DNA of 64,000 nucleotides from Eledone cirrhosa (Eukaryota). Position 1 is the stretch's first letter. Each line of letters opens with the position of its first letter. Positions 26,103-39,128 of this stretch are shown one piece after another. The stretch covers positions 29,140,001 through 29,204,000 of the forward strand of contig OZ024755.1 in NCBI GenBank assembly GCA_964016885.1. The letters are read 5' to 3'. A model generated the notes under the pieces. That model was not told where the DNA came from and made no database searches. It saw only the letters and a program-made list of their open reading frames with translations. The position numbers and the translations under genes were made by a program.

Positions 26103-26415
26103 TATAGCCTTTATAGATATCGAGTTTAACATATGATGAACAAGATAAACCAGGAGAATGTCAAGAAATACAATCAGACATTTTTATTTATATTCTCTAT
26201 TTTTATATTCGCTAAATGTAGCTGAACTATTATGTATGGAGAATTGAATAGAGACGATACGTTTTTATAATGCTTTATTCTAATTGCTTAACATTGTATA
26301 AGTAATACGAAGGATACTTTGAAGTATTGGGATACAGCCATCATATAATTAGCAATACCATAATATTGTTGACTAAATAATATAGTCTAAATCATAAGAC
26401 AGTAAGCATACACAT

Positions 26416-26941
26416 ACACGTGTACTAGGTCCGAACACAGAGGAGCCGAACTCCCACTGTCATCGCTTCCATCTCTCTCGCCCTCCCCATCTCTCACACG
26501 TACACCAGGTCCGAACACAGAGGAGCCGAACTCCCACTGTCATCGCTTCCATCTCTCTCGCCCTCCCCATCTCTCACATGTACACAGGGTCCAAACACAG
26601 AGGAGCCGAACTCCCACTGTCATCGCTTCCATCTCTCTCGCCCTCTCCATCTCTCACACGTACACCAGGTCCGAACACAGAGGAGCCGAACTCCCACTGT
26701 CATCGCTTCCGTCTCTCTCGCCCTCCCCATCTCTCACACGTACACCAGGTCCGAACACGGAAGAGCCGAACTCCCACTGTCATCGCCTCCATCTCTCTCG
26801 CCCTCCCCATCTCTCACACGTACACCAGGTCCAAACACAGAGGAGCCGAACTCCCACTGTCATCGCTTCCGTCTCTCTCGCCCTCCCCATCTCTCACACG
26901 TACACAGGGTCCGAACACAGAGGAGCCGAACTCCCACTGTC
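26416..26941. repeat. 60-bp GC-rich minisatellite, about 8.7 copies
   Basis: Unit ACACGTACACCAGGTCCGAACACAGAGGAGCCGAACTCCCACTGTCATCGCTTCCATCTCTCTCGCCCTCCCCATCTCTC-like, recurring at regular spacing. Confidence 0.85.
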
Positions 26942-27050
26942 CACGCCTCCTTCTCTCTCTCTTGAACATATACAAGCTGGATGAGACGAATAGAAATGTG
27001 CCTGGGATGCAGTAGGATAACGATGCTTACCAATAACACTAATTTAGAGG

Positions 27051-27358
27051 GTGGGGGAGAACCCAAGTCCTGCTGCACTTCGGGTTGAGGAGGCCAAATT
27101 CTCCACGTACCAGTCGCTCTCCGACAGGTTTGCGGTCGTGCCCTTGGCAGTGGAGACTTCTGGTGTCGTTGGCCCTAGGGCTACCTCCCTACTCACCACC
27201 ATAGGCGCTGAGCTGGCCAGCCGCAGGTGTGAGCCTCGCGAGATGGAATGGCTCTTCCAGCGCAACTCCCTTACCATCCCCCGGCGAAACGCCTTCTCCA
27301 TTCTGTCCGCCGGGGTTGTAGGGAGGCGGACAGAATGGAGAAGGTGTCTCCCCGGAGG

Positions 27359-27360
<2 letters not shown>
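27051..27360 (+). mobile_element. CRE-clade non-LTR retrotransposon 3' fragment (restriction-like endonuclease)
   Basis: EEAKFSTYQSL..F.VVPLAVETSGVVG..A..LL..IG..WLFQR.SL.I.R.NA.SIL matches the CRE RLE C-terminus; ends at (TG)n. Confidence 0.75.
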
Positions 27361-27438
<78 letters not shown>

Positions 27439-27944
27439 GTATGTGTTTACGTTCGTGCCTGTGTTTGTCTCTAGTATGCTTCGTATAAGCCGCCAGAAAC
27501 AGTTAAAAACAATGGAAAATTGATAATAACGAATAAAATTTAGACAGATATGACAGATGAGGAGGAAAACAACAAAGGAGATCACCATGTCAATAATAAT
27601 GATATTAATAAAGGTGATCATGAGCATTATATTAATCAGCAGCAGCAGCTATTCATATGATGAAGAAAATGAAATAGTAGATAGGAAATGTGTTTAATTT
27701 ATATATAGAAGCGTCTATAGTGAATGACAGGCAGCTGAACCGAGGCTAAAAATTAATAAATGCCACTCTGTCGCACCACTAACAATAATTTATCCACAAA
27801 ACAACAATATCAATGAGGATGGCCACCAGGGCAGTCGACAGGGGAAAATACATGTATGAAAAACAATACAGATTGTGATTTGCACCGAGTAACAGGAAGG
27901 AGACTAGATAATAAGAAGACTGCAGATATAACAACAACAATAAA

Positions 27945-28150
27945 GGTTTCTGATTTAGGCACAAGGCCAACAATTTTGAGGGAGAGGGGAAAGTCGATTA
28001 AATCTACCCCAGTGCATTACTGGTACTTTATTTTATCGATTGTTGTTATATAAAGGCGGTGGATTGGCAGAATCGGTAGAGCGTCGGACAACATGCTCAG
28101 CGGCATAAAGTTATGGCCCATTATGTCCTGAGTTCAAATCCTGCCGAGGT
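27945..28150. mobile_element. Two partial SINE S1 copies: 3' half on minus (27945-28040), 5' half on plus (28054-28150)
   Basis: S1 motifs in opposite orientations, together covering one full element. Confidence 0.75.
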
Positions 28151-28298
28151 TAGCTTTGCTTTTCATCCAAGATAAAGAGCAATTCGAGTGTGTTTAAATA
28201 TTAAGGCCAATTACTACAGCGGCTTCATACCAGGAGCGGACATTTCGGAGGTTTGGTGAGCATCTTTTTCGACCTGCGTCGTTGGGATTAAACCCGAA

Positions 28299-29080
28299 AT
28301 TGGAGTTGCTTCGTTAAAGGAAGAGAGATAGAATTATCATATTGAAGTTGCTTCGTTAAAGTAAGAGTGGATAGAGTTATATTGAAGTTTCTTCGTTAAA
28401 GTAAGAGATAATAGAGTTATTATATTGAAGTTGCTTCGTTAAAGTAAGAGATAATAGAGTTATTATATTGAAGTTGCTTCGTTAAAGTAAGAGATAATAG
28501 AGTCATCTATGTTGAAGTTGCTTCGTTAAAGTAAGAGAGATAGAGTTATCTATATTGAAGTTGCTTCGTTAAAGTAAGAGAGATAGAGTTATCTATATTG
28601 AAGTTGCTTCGTTAAAGAAAGAGAGATAATAGAGTCATTATATTGAAGTTGCTTCGTTAAAGGAAGTGATAATAGAGTTATTATATTGAAGTTGCTTCGT
28701 TAAAGTAAGAGATAATAGAGTTATTATATTGAAGTTGCTTCGTTAAAGTAAGAGATAATAAAGTTATTATATTGAAGTTGCTTCGTTAAAGTAAGAGATA
28801 ATAGAGTTATTATATTGAAGTTGCTTCGTTAAAGTAAGAGAGGTAGAGTTATTATATTGAAGTTGCTTCGTTAAAGTAAGAGATAATAGAGTTATCTATA
28901 TTGAAGTTGCTTCGTTAAAGTAAGAGATAATAGAGTTATTATATTGAAGTTGCTTCGTTAAAGTAAGAGATAATAGAGTTATTATATTGAAGTTGCTTCG
29001 TTAAAGTAAGAGAGGTAGAGTTATCAAGTTCAAGTTGCTTCGTTAAAGTAAGAGAGATAGTAGAGAGATCATATTGAAGA
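28299..29080. repeat. 40-44-bp minisatellite, about 18 copies
   Basis: Constant ATTGAAGTTGCTTCGTTAAAGTAAGAG plus slightly variable ATAATAGAGTTATTAT. Confidence 0.95.
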
Positions 29081-29110
29081 TGTGTTTTTTTACACATTTT
29101 ACTGAAAGTA

Positions 29111-29282
29111 CCGTATTTCCCGGCGCCGAAGACGCTTCGTCCTTGAGAACGCACCCTAATTTTGACAACCAAAGAATTTGAAAAAGTATAATAAACAACA
29201 TTCGGCCTCCAGGACGCATGGTAGATTTTTTAGACTTATTTTAGGAAAGAAAGTAGTGTCTTCGACACCGGGAAATGCCGTG
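29111..29282. mobile_element. Tc1/pogo-type MITE
   Basis: TA-CCGTATTTCCCGGCGCCGAAGAC ... GTCTTCGACACCGGGAAATGCCG inverted termini. Confidence 0.75.
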
Positions 29283-29695
29283 TATCTGTAATTTTAACAT
29301 GATTATTAATTAGTTGATAGTTTAAGTTAATCTAATTCCGGATTTCTTTTAGTTAAAATAATAATTAGTTGGGGTATGTTACTGTAAATAGTTGGCTCGT
29401 TTGGTGATTTGACGTCATTTAATTTGTTCATGTTAATTGTTTCACTGAACGATATATTATTTCCATTAAATTAGTGGATGGTTGCAGGGTTTCATATTTA
29501 TCCTTTCAGAGAGTGTGGCTTCTTAAAGTGTATGTCTCTATATCATTTCAAGTATATATAAGGATGTTGATTGATCATATAATCCACCTAGGATTTGTTT
29601 TCTTTAATTTGTTATCGATACGGTATCAACCGGAGTGACGATATTATACACAAGAGAGACGGTTTTGAATGTACAACCCCTATATACTATATAAT

Positions 29696-29766
29696 CCTGT
29701 TATACGTATTTCGAAGACGTCAAAGTGATTGTATAATCACCCTTTGACGTGTTCACTTCAGACAGG
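29696..29766 (-). ncRNA. Type I HHR, family H (A9U lesion)
   Basis: CCTGT-CTGAAGT-GAA-C-ACGTCAAAG..CTTTGACGT-C-TTC-GAAA-TA(cg)TA-TA/ACAGG. Confidence 0.7.
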
Positions 29767-29805
29767 TGGAAAGTTGTGGTGTTTTTGCTTTTGATATGCT
29801 ACTGG

Positions 29806-29922
29806 TGGCCATCGCTCCTTCTACCTGGAGTTGCGACCGATAGATAGTATTAGCAATTGGAAATACCAATGGAAACATTGTTTTCTCGGTCCGATCCGAT
29901 TTGCCGAAAATCGATCGACTGT
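29806..29922 (+). mobile_element. SINE S2 3' half
   Basis: CTACCTGGAGTTGCGAC..GATAGTATTAGCAATTGGAAA..GGAAACATTG shared with 55073-55165. Confidence 0.7.
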
Positions 29923-29924
29923 CG

Positions 29925-30056
<132 letters not shown>

Positions 30057-30103
30057 CAGGAGGCTGTACTGGTGAGATTCCTTCAGAGATTTATTATATC
30101 GAT

Positions 30104-30356
30104 ATGGTTCACTTGGTATTTTACCACACCTTCTTTGTTAAGTATATATATATATAACAAAGAAGGTGTGGAAAGATACCAGGTGGACCATAACGCACCA
30201 GAGTACTCAATACTTAGGGTAGTAGAGTGGGTATTAGGAAAAGAGTCAGGACCCCGACGGCTGAGCTCCGGCCGTTTCGACAGCTAGATCCAAACTGCTT
30301 GGATCTAGCTGTGGAAACGGCCGGGGCTCAGACGTCGAGGTCCTGGCTCTTTTCCT
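30104..30356. mobile_element. Family A element plus inverted terminal fragment across a TA tract
   Basis: 30155-30356 full architecture; 30104-30139 reverse complement of its left end. Confidence 0.8.
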
Positions 30357-30384
30357 ATATATATACTTATATATATACACACAT

Positions 30385-30478
<94 letters not shown>

Positions 30479-30481
30479 TTA

Positions 30482-30565
<84 letters not shown>

Positions 30566-30609
30566 AAAGTTTATTCCGGGTTCAATCTGGAATAACCAGT
30601 CACACACAG

Positions 30610-30677
<68 letters not shown>

Positions 30678-30771
30678 GGGATAACAGGTTATCGTTATAG
30701 GCAGTCCACTTAGATGAGCGAACTCTAGACCTACCAGATCAAAGAAACTATTGTCAGCAATGTGAATAAAG

Positions 30772-30865
<94 letters not shown>

Positions 30866-31511
30866 ATATATAAGTACGTCCTTATAAGTTCGTATATATA
30901 TATATATAGCTCGATATCAATACATTCTTTATCTGACTAACATAAATCTTGTCTTATCGACGAGTATATTATTGAATATAATGCAATTTTGCAATAAATA
31001 AATTGTTGCTGCTGAGAATGAAACATAAAACAACAGAATAATTGGTAGGAAAAAAAAGAAATAACCTCAGGAAAGTCTTGCAAAACTATAGAAAAAGAAT
31101 TCCGCCATCCCATTAACTATCGTTTAAACAAAGAAATAAACAATTGTAGAGGTGATGTCGAGGAATGTAAATCGCTGAAGGAAACTTCCAGAATTATAAA
31201 TAACTGGCGATGGAATTCTGCGGAATATATTCGGAAGAATTGTTAGAATTCTTAGGAATATTGATAATCTGTGAGGAAATCTGAAATCTGATATCACTGG
31301 TTTCAATTTCTACCGAACACATATTTAGATTCCAAAATTAATCGCCTTTGTGAGAGTATATATATATATTCTATGAAGATCATATATTATCTTACTGTAC
31401 ATATATTATTCACTCACTCTCTATATCTCTCACTCTCCTCTCTCTCTCTACACACACACCCACTCCACACATACACACAAATTTTTATATATATATATAT
31501 ATATATATATT

Positions 31512-31552
<41 letters not shown>

Positions 31553-31826
31553 TGTATGTATGTATGTATGCATATATATATGAATGATTATGTGTATAAA
31601 CAAATAAAGAAAGAGCGAGATGGGAGGTAAGTGCCTAATATTCCGATTCAAAGTTAAAATCTTCCATTAATATTTTCACTAGACAATAATATACTTCAAG
31701 ATCAATTGATCATCTGACATCTTGATTTTATGTAGAATTATTCCGACATTTTTTTCCACCTTTAATATCTAGTTTCTCTTCGACATTTTCTTTATTTTTT
31801 TCATATTAATTTGTTTGCCCTGACAG

Positions 31827-31888
31827 GTCGAATAAAACGAAAATCGCATTCTGAAAGAGAGAGACGTAATCAAGAGCAACGAAATCAG
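31827..31888 (+). CDS. Possible small host exon (RIKRKSHSERERRNQEQRNQ)
   Basis: T-rich tract plus CAG acceptor, open basic frame, CAG|GTGAAG weak donor; unique sequence. Confidence 0.25.
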
Positions 31889-32040
31889 GTGAAGAATATG
31901 TCTAATACGATATGCAGTTCGTATCCTTCATTAAATATGCATTTATTGTGAAGGCAGTGGATTGGCAGTATCGGTAGAGGGTCGGACGCCATGCTTTGCA
32001 GCATGGAGTTTCGGCCCTTTATGATCTGAGTTTATATCCA

Positions 32041-32174
32041 TAGTAGTAGAGCACTCAGTCCATTGGTCGAGTTTAGTAGAAGTAGTTCCACAACAGTTAA
32101 TTCTCCATTTCCGATGATCCGTCTAAGGTGAAACAAATTGTTCTCGGAAATGGTGAATTAACTGTTGTGGAACT

Positions 32175-32179
<5 letters not shown>
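32041..32179. mobile_element. Family C palindromic element with HHR remnant in the loop
   Basis: Loop reads (C)CGATGA-T-CC(gtctaa)GG-T-GAAAC..TC/GGAAATGG. Confidence 0.65.
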
Positions 32180-32223
<44 letters not shown>

Positions 32224-32345
32224 AAGTATATATTGAGTTAGAAACTCATTAAGGTCCCTTACAATTAAAATTACCTCAAGGAAAAGATTTTCCGGGCCGT
32301 GTAATATAATTCAATAAAGAGAGAACAACACAGATATATACACAG

Positions 32346-32500
32346 CTGTATTCAGATTATAAGGGACCAACATTTGCTAAGTTGAACTATAAACAAAACT
32401 ATAAACAACACGGCCTGCCAGACTCAATTAAAAGAAAAGATCATATAGTTAGTATACTGTTCAACCTAGCAAATTTGGTTCCCTTATAATCTGAATACAG
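32346..32500. mobile_element. MITE-like element with about 40-bp TIRs
   Basis: CTGTATTCAGATTATAAGGGACCAA..TTTGCTAAGTTGAAC / GTTCAACCTAGCAAA..CCCTTATAATCTGAATACAG. Confidence 0.65.
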
Positions 32501-32679
32501 GGTTAAGTTATAAAATTACAAAACTTTTAAATTATCAAAATTTGGAATAGTAATATTATAGCCCAAGAGTCAAGGGTGGAGATTTTAAGCCGGCAGAAAC
32601 ATATGTCAGTTTGATAAGGCCTTGACTCTTCGGTGTTTTTTTTAATTAATATTGATATACTTCTTCTTGTGACGCTAAA

Positions 32680-32865
32680 CTCCGCCAGTTGCAGACTGCG
32701 CATCAATATGTGATATCTCTCTCCACAAAATTCGATCACCACCAGCAAAGTTTAAAGAGCAAATATTAAGTCGAGTCCATAAGTTGACATTGTCAAGCCA
32801 TAGTTTTGGCTGCCGGCCTCTGCTTCTTTTAACAGCCAACCTTCCTTCCAGGCATAACCTACTCA
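32680..32865 (-). mobile_element. RTE-clade LINE 3' end
   Basis: LEGRLAVKRSRGRQPKLWLDNV..W..A.DR..WR motif. Confidence 0.7.
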
Positions 32866-33587
32866 CACCACCTTATATTGATGTTATTCAGCACAATATT
32901 CTCGCTTAATTTACTTTTGTTCATTTACTTTCTACTGAGTAACTTATAAATACTTTCCTAAAAATTAAAACGGCAATGTCCGTTTAAATGTTCTATTAAA
33001 ATTGTCTCGCATAAACAACACCTGCTAACGTCTACAGCATTAAAATATATTCTTTAGCCTATAAAATTCCTGACACAACATATAAAGTTACTGCAGCGTA
33101 GATGAAACTCGGTGTCCTAATCAGTTCAAGAGTGTGTCTTGTGTGATTGTTTATGAATGCCAATAAGCGTACGACGACGTTCGGCTATATTTAAACACAA
33201 CACTAAATGAGTGTCAAGTTCGTATGTGGGAGTTTGCAAATAAACAACCAAGCTTATGTAGGTTTGCAGCAAGAGAAATAATACTTTTGTTGTTTTCGAG
33301 GGCAACTTTGGAGGAATGCGCAGTTTGGCATCAAAAAAAGCCTTTCGTGACCGATGAATTTTATGTCAATAATATTGTGATTCTAATCCATTTTGTAAGA
33401 CATTAACATGGTGACTATCTCAGAGAGTCACCATTCTGGGAAGGAGAGACATGGCATAGTGCTTAATGCGGAGATGGATTCTTTGGACAAAGAATAGGTA
33501 AGAAGATTTGATGAATATTTGGCTCTGGAGGACCTGGATAGAGATCACCACTATTGATACGTAGACAGCATTATATTGGTGAAAAAA

Positions 33588-33774
33588 TGGCGGTGGATTG
33601 GCAGTATCGGTGGAGGGTCGGACACCATGCTTTCCAGCATAGTTACGTCCCTTTACGATCTGAGTTCAAATCCCGCCGAGGTTAACTTTGCCTTTCATCC
33701 TTACAGGGTCGATAAAATAAAGTACCAGTAATGTATTGGTTATTTGCTGGCCTTGTGCCAAATGTAGAAACAAT
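33588..33774 (+). mobile_element. SINE S1
   Basis: S1 motifs; TSD TTATATTGGTGA. Confidence 0.9.
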
Positions 33775-33980
33775 TATATTGGTGACAGGCTGAGGGGATG
33801 GAGAGAGTCTTTGTCAATGAGACGAGTCCTTAGAATTGACCGGCTCCACCCACTCGCTCATTGTTCTACAGGCAAGTTCAGCCACCCCCACCTTCCACCC
33901 ACCGCCATGATGTTTAATTGTGTTTACAAGAAATGTTGACCAATCCTCTTAACAACTACAATCTTCCCATATAAGGAATT

Positions 33981-34076
33981 ACCCCTTGAAAAGTTCGGCT
34001 ATTTATTTACCACGTTAAAAATTCTATTTTAGTCCAGAAATAGCCGTGGAAACGGCTTGAGCTCTGCCCCTCGGGG
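33981..34076 (+). ncRNA. Full-length family A HHR with U3:A8 core (cleavage site mutated in this copy)
   Basis: ACCCC-TTGAAAA-..CGGCTATTT(long loop)AAATAGCCG..-GAAAC-GGC(ttgagctct)GCC-ccTC/GGGG; other family A copies supply GCCGTC/GGGGT. Confidence 0.7.
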
Positions 34077-34085
34077 ACAAACATG

Positions 34086-34125
<40 letters not shown>

Positions 34126-34127
<2 letters not shown>

Positions 34128-34678
34128 TATCTATGTATGTATACGTACATACATATATGTATACAGACGTACAGTAGTATGTATATATATACATACATGC
34201 ACACATATATATATGCACGTATCGGTTTACCGAACATTTATTATAATGCTCGGTTTGTTTGTTTGTAAACAAACAGCCCGAATTACGCCGTACAGTGTTT
34301 AGGCAACCACGTCACCTTTTTTTTTTTTAACCATCTGGCAGGAAGGTATACGATGCTGACGATAGCTAATAAGCTTGAAACTAGTACATCGTTCCTGTGT
34401 CAATGTTGAAAAAAAAGGTGACGTGGTTGCCTAAACACTGTACTGCGTAATTCGGGCTGATTGTTTGTTTACAAACAAATCGAGCATTATAATAAATGTT
34501 GGGTAAACCGATATGTGCATATATATATATATATATATGTGTGTGCATGTATGTATATATATACATACTACTGTACGTCTGTATACATATATGTATGTAC
34601 GGATACATACATACATACTTACATTTAAGTAAGTGCCGTACTAAGAGTGAGAAATGAAATTTCGTTTCATTCTATTCC
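34126..34678 (+). mobile_element. Family F pLTR with inverted 5' partial copy; HHR at 34350-34392
   Basis: 34126-34325 is the reverse complement of about 34408-34615; ACGATG-CTGACGA..GAAAC-TA-GTA/CATCGT. Confidence 0.8.
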
Positions 34679-34691
34679 ATTTATATCTATC

Positions 34692-34722
<31 letters not shown>

Positions 34723-34723
<1 letters not shown>

Positions 34724-34914
34724 ACAAAGATGGTTTGGTAAGATATCAGGCGGACCATAACGCACCAGAGTCCTCAATACATAGTGTAGTAGAGTCGGTA
34801 GTAGGGAAAGAGAGCTCCTACCGTTTCGACAGCTAGATCCGAACTCTAGTGTTTGTTTGGATCTAGCTGTCGAAATGGCCGGATCTCAGCCGTCGGGGTC
34901 CTGACTCCTATCCT
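34723..34914. mobile_element. Family A palindromic element
   Basis: Family A motifs with internal deletion. Confidence 0.8.
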
Positions 34915-34953
34915 ATATATATTCACAAATAAAAACACACACAGACACCCGGA

Positions 34954-35248
34954 TGTAACACATGCGCACACTAAGCACACAAACACACACAAAAACAGGA
35001 TGGCGTAAGACAGAACAAAGGAGAGGCACAAAACAAAGAGAAGAATACCCAGTCACTGAAGAAGTCACAGAATGTGTGATGAAAGAACGTTGCCAATATA
35101 TGAACAAACGTCCGGTTGTGGAACCAACCAACCAACCAACCGGAAATTTATAAATTCTCTTAAATTTATAAATTTAATTTATAATAAATTGGAGTGAAAG
35201 CAGCTGGTGCGTGTGTTTCTTATTGGCAACATGACCCTCCCAAAGTAT

Positions 35249-35252
<4 letters not shown>
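34954..35252 (+). mobile_element. Family E repeat (TG..CA ends, possible solo LTR or pLTR)
   Basis: TGTAAC..TATAACA termini, AATAAA about 65 bp from end, CTGAAGA..GAAA motif; no TSD seen. Confidence 0.4.
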
Positions 35253-35283
<31 letters not shown>

Positions 35284-35542
35284 TTAGTATATCTACTAAC
35301 AAATGCGTACAGATGTACGCTAATGCCACCAAATACACAGGTTATGTCATAGTACCTAGGTGGTTCAATGCAGGAGGATGCAGAACAATGATATATAAGA
35401 CGTAAAATAAGAAAATGTTGATGACGCAATGAATTCTCAACAGTTTATTACGTAACTGTCTTTATCCCATTGCAGAAACTAATTAGTTGGAGTGAAAATT
35501 TTAGTAAGTAAGTTAATTTTTTAAAATGTTCTTATTTTACGT

Positions 35543-35584
<42 letters not shown>

Positions 35585-35588
<4 letters not shown>

Positions 35589-35985
35589 GTAATTAGGAGT
35601 ATTCCAAAGCTTGGTAGAACAAGTTGTGAGGAAAGTTCTCAACATACGTTAAGGTGACTCAAGAGGTTGGTAGGGATTCAGTAGTGGAAACACGAACAAA
35701 CGAGGAGTGTAATCAAAGAAGAGAAATAGGACGAAGGTAAACAGTTGCAAAAGAATTTAATCCACGTATTAACAATTGTTTCATCAGAATTTCAGTCCAT
35801 TATTGCTACACTATGTTATAATAGGCAATCAAGAAAGATACTGTAGCATCCGAATTTTCAAAATACAAAGTTGGAATGACCTTAGGAAATGAAATCTTTC
35901 TTGATTGCCTATTATTACATAGTGTAGCAATAATGGACTGAAATTCTGAAGAAACAATTGTTAATACGTGGATTAAATTCTTTTG

Positions 35986-35990
<5 letters not shown>
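35585..35990. mobile_element. Long-arm/short-arm fold-back element in (TA)n
   Basis: About 95-bp inverted arms 35743-35839 / 35894-35990, spacer about 55 bp. Confidence 0.75.
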
Positions 35991-36051
<61 letters not shown>

Positions 36052-36124
36052 TGTTTGTGGCAGATGCGATCGTATATGGATATAGCTTGACAACTACTCC
36101 AATAAACATGCATAGTACATCCTT

Positions 36125-36357
36125 CGTTTGCCGGCAGATCGACCTGCTCATATTGCCATGGATTGGGTACCAGAAGGTGGCAGGATAGAACGGGCAAGAC
36201 CACGAAAAACATGGCTGAGCACATTCAGGGAGGACCTGCGGGAGATGGGAATTACCTGAAGAGGTGTTAAAAGGGCTGCCGGTGACAGGATCAAGTGGAA
36301 GAAGCTCGTCGCCCAATGTTGCACAAGGGACTGGAGGAACTAAGACTAAGACTTAGA
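36125..36357 (+). mobile_element. RTE-type LINE 3' end with (CTAAGA)n tail
   Basis: W.PEGGR..RARPRKTWLSTFREDL..AAGDRIKWKKLVAQC motif. Confidence 0.75.
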
Positions 36358-36644
36358 CAATGCTATATAGCGATCACAATTAGAAAACCAATTAAACATC
36401 ATGACACTGACAAGCCACTGCAGTAATTCAGCTTTCTGAATATGTTTAGTATTGAATATGTTTAGTATTGTGTCAATAAATTACCACAAAACGAAGAGAG
36501 AACGTGTGGGTGTAGACAGTTTTAGTATATGAATTTCCATGTATCCGTTGCGTTACTTTCTTCCAACTGTTGGAATGAAAGTAACGATACTTCTAAGTGT
36601 AGTGGTTCAATTTGTTTTACATAGTTGCAACATTTAGTTTTGGA

Positions 36645-36709
<65 letters not shown>

Positions 36710-37208
36710 AATAAACAAAACAAACTTAAACGGCATTAACAACATATTTTGCGTTCTTTACATAGTTGAAACCATTTCCTTGGCAACTATTCAGAACATG
36801 TTTGAGGGTAAATAGATATAGGCGATGCAATATGGCCTGAGTCAAACTAAGCCTAATTAGCTGAAATATGCAGGTACATTACTTTTACGAGTTAAATATT
36901 TACGGCCTTTTTACTGGAAAGTAGTACACAAACACGCACACGCACACACATACATACACACACGTACATACATACACACGTGCATATAACACGTATAAAT
37001 GCATTTATATGTGTGCATATATATATAGAGAGAAAGATATACATGCATACATACATACAACATATATACATAAATACATACATACATACATAACTACATA
37101 CATATATAAATACATACATAAATACATACACACTTACATACTTACATACATAAATACATACATACATAACTACATACTTACATACATACTTACATACATA
37201 CATACTTA

Positions 37209-37250
<42 letters not shown>

Positions 37251-37625
37251 TACACATACATACATACATACATACATACATACATACATACATACATACA
37301 TACATACATACATACATAGTTGATGTTTAAATTCCAATGAAAGAATCTTGTATCTATGTTAGAAACCGATTCTCTCTCTATTGGTAAAAATTTGTAAAAT
37401 TATAAAACCAGAACATACATGAATACATACACGAATATACATACATCTATGCATATACATAGATACATACATATATACATAGACACACACACACACACAT
37501 ACATACATTCATGCATACATACATACATACATACATACATACATACATACATACATACATACATTGATACATACATAGGTACATGCATACATACATATAT
37601 ACATAGACACACACACACAGACACA

Positions 37626-37681
<56 letters not shown>

Positions 37682-37871
37682 CACATACACACACACAAAC
37701 CAATGCCAATTCCAGTATATACATTATCAGCAACGTATGCATGGTTTGTAATTTCGCCAAATTAGATAAAGTAACAATAAAAGCTGCTAACTAACTCATA
37801 AACTAACGTGAAAGCACATTCCTGATATGAAGTAATTAATGCCCTTATACACACACACACACACTCACACA

Positions 37872-38190
<319 letters not shown>

Positions 38191-38297
38191 CTTAACTGGA
38201 TTGACGATTTAGTTGCCGACGACCCGACCATGCACAGGTCGTACTGGATTACATGTTACAAGTAGCGATGAAGAGTGACCTATCATCCAAGATTACA

Positions 38298-38341
<44 letters not shown>

Positions 38342-38445
38342 AACAAATAGTAAAAAGGAAAGAAATTCAGTAGAAAAGGGTGGAGGGATTTGTTCAGTAT
38401 AATATCAAAACATTTATTTATAAAGTGGGGATTTCCGTATTTAAT

Positions 38446-38485
38446 CGTGGTACCGGTTTCAGCATTATATGCTTTTTCAACGACG
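38446..38485 (-). ncRNA. Type I HHR with U3:A8 core in a solo pLTR-like element (about 38340-38630)
   Basis: CGTCG-TTGAAAA-AGCA(tataa)TGCT-GAAAC-CG-GTA/CCACG; stems II/III nearly identical to 62132-62169. Confidence 0.7.
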
Positions 38486-38626
38486 AAAGTGTAAAGTGCA
38501 GTTAAATTGCATATTTATACGAATGATAATAAAATGGAGAAGAAAAATTATTAGTTCTTACATAGATATTTAGAGAGGAACGTTCATGTCTCTGTCCCAG
38601 ACTCTCTATCGTTCTCTGCAAGTTGA

Positions 38627-38685
<59 letters not shown>

Positions 38686-38940
38686 AGTTTTGGGGTCTAT
38701 TCTGCGTGAAGAACTCGATGTAATACGTATGTTGAAAATGTTGTAGATTAAGATTGCTTTTGAAAACACCTGGTGATATGCATGTAAGTAAATATTCTCT
38801 TTATCTGATATTTTGTAACTAACCTTACATAGATCAATAACGGAGTATAGCTACAATTTATTATCATCACCTAGAAACGATCGTAAAGCAGTGAAGTATA
38901 TCCCTAATAACTTAATGTTTTTTTTATTTCATTGTTTTAA

Positions 38941-38996
<56 letters not shown>

Positions 38997-39089
38997 GAAT
39001 TCCAATTTTGTCTGATTTACTCGTTTTATTTATAATGGTATGTATTAGAATGAAATAGTATAGTAGAATATTAAATGTTAACTATTAAT

Positions 39090-39128
39090 TGAACAAGTAC
39101 TTTCATGCTTTCGCAATCTTCAGGTTCA
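39090..39128 (-). ncRNA. Minimal type I HHR, canonical core
   Basis: TGAAC-CTGAAGA-T-TGC(gaaa)GCA-T-GAAA-G(ta)C-TT/GTTCA; element lies between TA tracts. Confidence 0.75.

Noticed and set aside
28299-29080. CRISPR-like appearance (constant 27-nt block with variable gaps)
   Set aside because: Gaps are near-identical to one another and too short, no cas genes, eukaryotic context: a minisatellite
35937-35965. CTGAAATTCTGAAGAAACAATTGTT as an HHR
   Set aside because: No stem II or stem I can be drawn; C3/A8 mismatch
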